Assembly: GCA_965221905.1 (NCBI GenBank)
Contig: OZ244922.1
Span: 160,001-224,000 of the forward strand
Reading direction: 5' to 3'
Length of the DNA stretch: 64,000 nt
Source of the DNA: Chloroflexota bacterium
GTDB taxonomy: Bacteria; Chloroflexota; UBA11872; VXOZ01
Below, one piece after another: positions 62,013 to 64,000 of this stretch. A model generated the notes under the pieces. It made no database searches. It had not been told where the DNA came from and worked only from the letters and a program-made list of their open reading frames with translations. The position numbers and the translations under genes were made by a program. Each line of letters opens with the position of its first letter. Position 1 is the first letter of the stretch.

Positions 62013-62993
62013 ATGTCGGCGAAGCTGCAAATTCGACCGTACAACCCTAATCTCGACTCGGTGGCCCTGCTTCCCCTCTGGCAGGTTGCGCTCGGTGACA
62101 CCTGGCCGATGCGCGATGATCTCTTGCGGCGACTATTGACCGATCATCGCTTCTATCGTGGGGACGATCACTTCGTGGCGGTCGCGGACGAGCGGATCGT
62201 TGGCTTCGTGGGCACGCAGATTGACCGGAGCGAGGCAGACGTGCAGGAACGCAGCGGCGGCATCTCCGTCGTGCTCGTGCATCCCGAAAGGCAGCGGCGG
62301 GGTATCGGCACGCGATTGCATGAGGCGGCGCTTGAACATCTACGGCAGGCGGGCGTGGGTGCGTTGCGTCTCGGCGGTGGGGGAGCGTATCGCTTCTGGC
62401 CGGGAATCCCCACCGACTTGCCCGGCGCGTACCCGTTCTTCGCCTCCTGTGGCTGGCCTTTGGACCCGGAGCAGCGGTCGTGCGACCTCGTGCGCGATCT
62501 TAGCGACTATCAGATGCCTGCGGCGATGCGCGCGCGCTTGGCGCAGGAGCAGGTGACAATACGCCCGGCCCGGGATGACGAGGTAGCGGACGTGCTCGCC
62601 TTTGAAGCGGAGCACTTTCCCGGTTGGGCCACAGCATTCTTCTACACGGCCGAACTCGGCGACTTCCAGAATATGCTAGTCGCAATCGACCAACGGAAGA
62701 GCATCGTGGGCACGCTTATGTTGCACACCCCGACGTCCCGCTGGCTGGGGGCGAATGTGGTCTGGAAAACGCTGCTGGGGGACAACCTCGGCGGCATCAG
62801 CGCCGTGGGCGTGGCGGCGAGCGAGCGGGGGCGCGGCATTGGCATCGGCATGGTGGCAGTGGGCTCAGAGGTGCTGCGGGACCGTGGCATCGGCAATTGC
62901 CACATCGACTGGACGCGCATCGTCGACTTCTACGGCAAGCTGGGCTATACGGTCTGGCGCGAATACTGGATGAGCGGCAGGGCGCTCGTGTGA
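62013..62993 (+). CDS. tandem GNAT acetyltransferase
   Basis: VHPERQRRGIG and GVAASERGRGIG acetyl-CoA motifs; FYGKLGY. Confidence 0.88.
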   Translation: MSAKLQIRPYNPNLDSVALLPLWQVALGDTWPMRDDLLRRLLTDHRFYRGDDHFVAVADERIVGFVGTQIDRSEADVQERSGGISVVLVHPERQRRGIGTRLHEAALEHLRQAGVGALRLGGGGAYRFWPGIPTDLPGAYPFFASCGWPLDPEQRSCDLVRDLSDYQMPAAMRARLAQEQVTIRPARDDEVADVLAFEAEHFPGWATAFFYTAELGDFQNMLVAIDQRKSIVGTLMLHTPTSRWLGANVVWKTLLGDNLGGISAVGVAASERGRGIGIGMVAVGSEVLRDRGIGNCHIDWTRIVDFYGKLGYTVWREYWMSGRALV

Positions 62994-63439
62994 GCTGCCG
63001 TGGGCCTGACCACAGGTTGCGCAAGGCGCTAACGCGGGTCTCGCGGTTAGCAGCGCGCCTGATACGAGGTGCCTCGTTTCTCCCCAAGACCGCGCTGTGA
63101 TTCGCGGACGGCTGCCAGTCAGAACAGCTACTTACGAAGGTCCCCGCGGTTGCTCCTTTCTGTCGCCGGAATCGTAGCCTGAGCTTTCTGCTGGGGCCAC
63201 TCGGCGTGCACAGATCCACTCCGGCAAAATCCTTAGCTCGTCCAGGCCGTGAACGCGTGTTCCCTATCCTTTTCGAGTCTCCCGATCCAGGGCGGGTCGG
63301 CCAGAGTCATTTACTGGATGGCTCGTCTACCAGCGGGTTGCGTCCTCCCTCTAGAATCTCCATATTCACTCAACCAGACCCCACGGCGTGTTGCTGACAA
63401 CTATTCCCAAAAAACGCACAGAAATCGCGCTTGAGGGTC

Positions 63440-63499
63440 TTGCAATCGCCATCTGCCGCGTGTATAATAATTTTCACACGGTATTGCTAATCATTCGCA
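63440..63499 (+). promoter_or_regulatory. sigma70 promoter with two Fur-family-like 7-1-7 boxes
   Basis: TTGCAA-17-TATAAT; GTATAAT-A-ATTTTCA 63462-63476; TGCTAAT-C-ATTCGCA 63485-63499. Confidence 0.65.
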
Positions 63500-63540
63500 T
63501 TAGCTAAAGGCCCTAGGTTTCTTGGCGAAGGGGGTACGCA

Positions 63541-64000
63541 ATGTCCGCTATTGTCACGCCTTCCAAGACGAAGCAGCGCGTGGCTATGATTGTAGTGGCC
63601 GGGCTGTTGCTGGCATTCGGCACAGTGCGGTCAGCGCACGCCATGCACATCTCAGAAGGGTTCCTGCCTCCCACGTGGGCGATACTATGGTTCATTGCCG
63701 TGATTCCGTTCTTTCTCTGGGGACTGCGCTCTATAGCTAAGCAGGTCAATCGCTCCCCGCAGAGCAAGATCACACTTGGCATGTCGGGGGCCTATTCGTT
63801 TGTACTATCGGGATTGAAGCTGCCGTCCGTTACCGGTAGTTGCTCACATCCGACCGGCATCGCCCTGGGCGCAATTCTCTTCGGCCCCACCACCATGGTG
63901 GTGCTTGGCACCATCGTGCTCTTGTTCCAGGCCATTGTCTTGGCGCACGGGGGTCTGACCACCCTCGGTGCAAACGTGTTCTCCATGGCCGTGATCGGTC
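63541..64000 (+). CDS. cbiM: ECF cobalt transporter substrate component CbiM (runs off window end)
   Basis: Signal peptide ...AHA|MHISEGFLP; [15 protein letters not shown]; [17 protein letters not shown]. Confidence 0.93.
   Translation, partial: MSAIVTPSKTKQRVAMIVVAGLLLAFGTVRSAHAMHISEGFLPPTWAILWFIAVIPFFLWGLRSIAKQVNRSPQSKITLGMSGAYSFVLSGLKLPSVTGSCSHPTGIALGAILFGPTTMVVLGTIVLLFQAIVLAHGGLTTLGANVFSMAVIG

Overview
A GC-rich bacterial chromosome segment. Gene content and repeat style suggest a Chloroflexota-like organism, which is inference only. The backbone is housekeeping and metabolic: purD, a CCA-adding enzyme, GH15, four GT4 glycosyltransferases, moaDE, a FecCD/BtuFCD-type ABC importer, phoB-phoR-phoU-arsC, hisH/hisA/hisF, partial cbiM and four tRNAs. 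Several REP-like palindrome families, decayed toxin-antitoxin-type genes and some AT-richer inserts are scattered through it. Highlights: (1) a complete ~1.15 kb IS110 element sits in a tandem REP array at a CT core, and its left end contains readable bridge-RNA guides matching both the REP target and its own donor junction; (2) a CHAD-ppx-tmk-tmk cluster converges on the pho genes and looks like a bacterial heteromeric thymidylate-kinase-like (PPK3-type) polyphosphate kinase system; (3) a probable oriC at ~15.7-16.2 kb with no dnaA in the window; (4) tandem NrdR boxes over a promoter in front of tRNA-Arg and the ABC importer rather than nrd genes; (5) a NYN ribonuclease inside the his cluster preceded by a short terminated leader RNA; (6) REP palindromes translated in-frame inside proteins. 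All calls come from reading motifs by eye; no searches were run.
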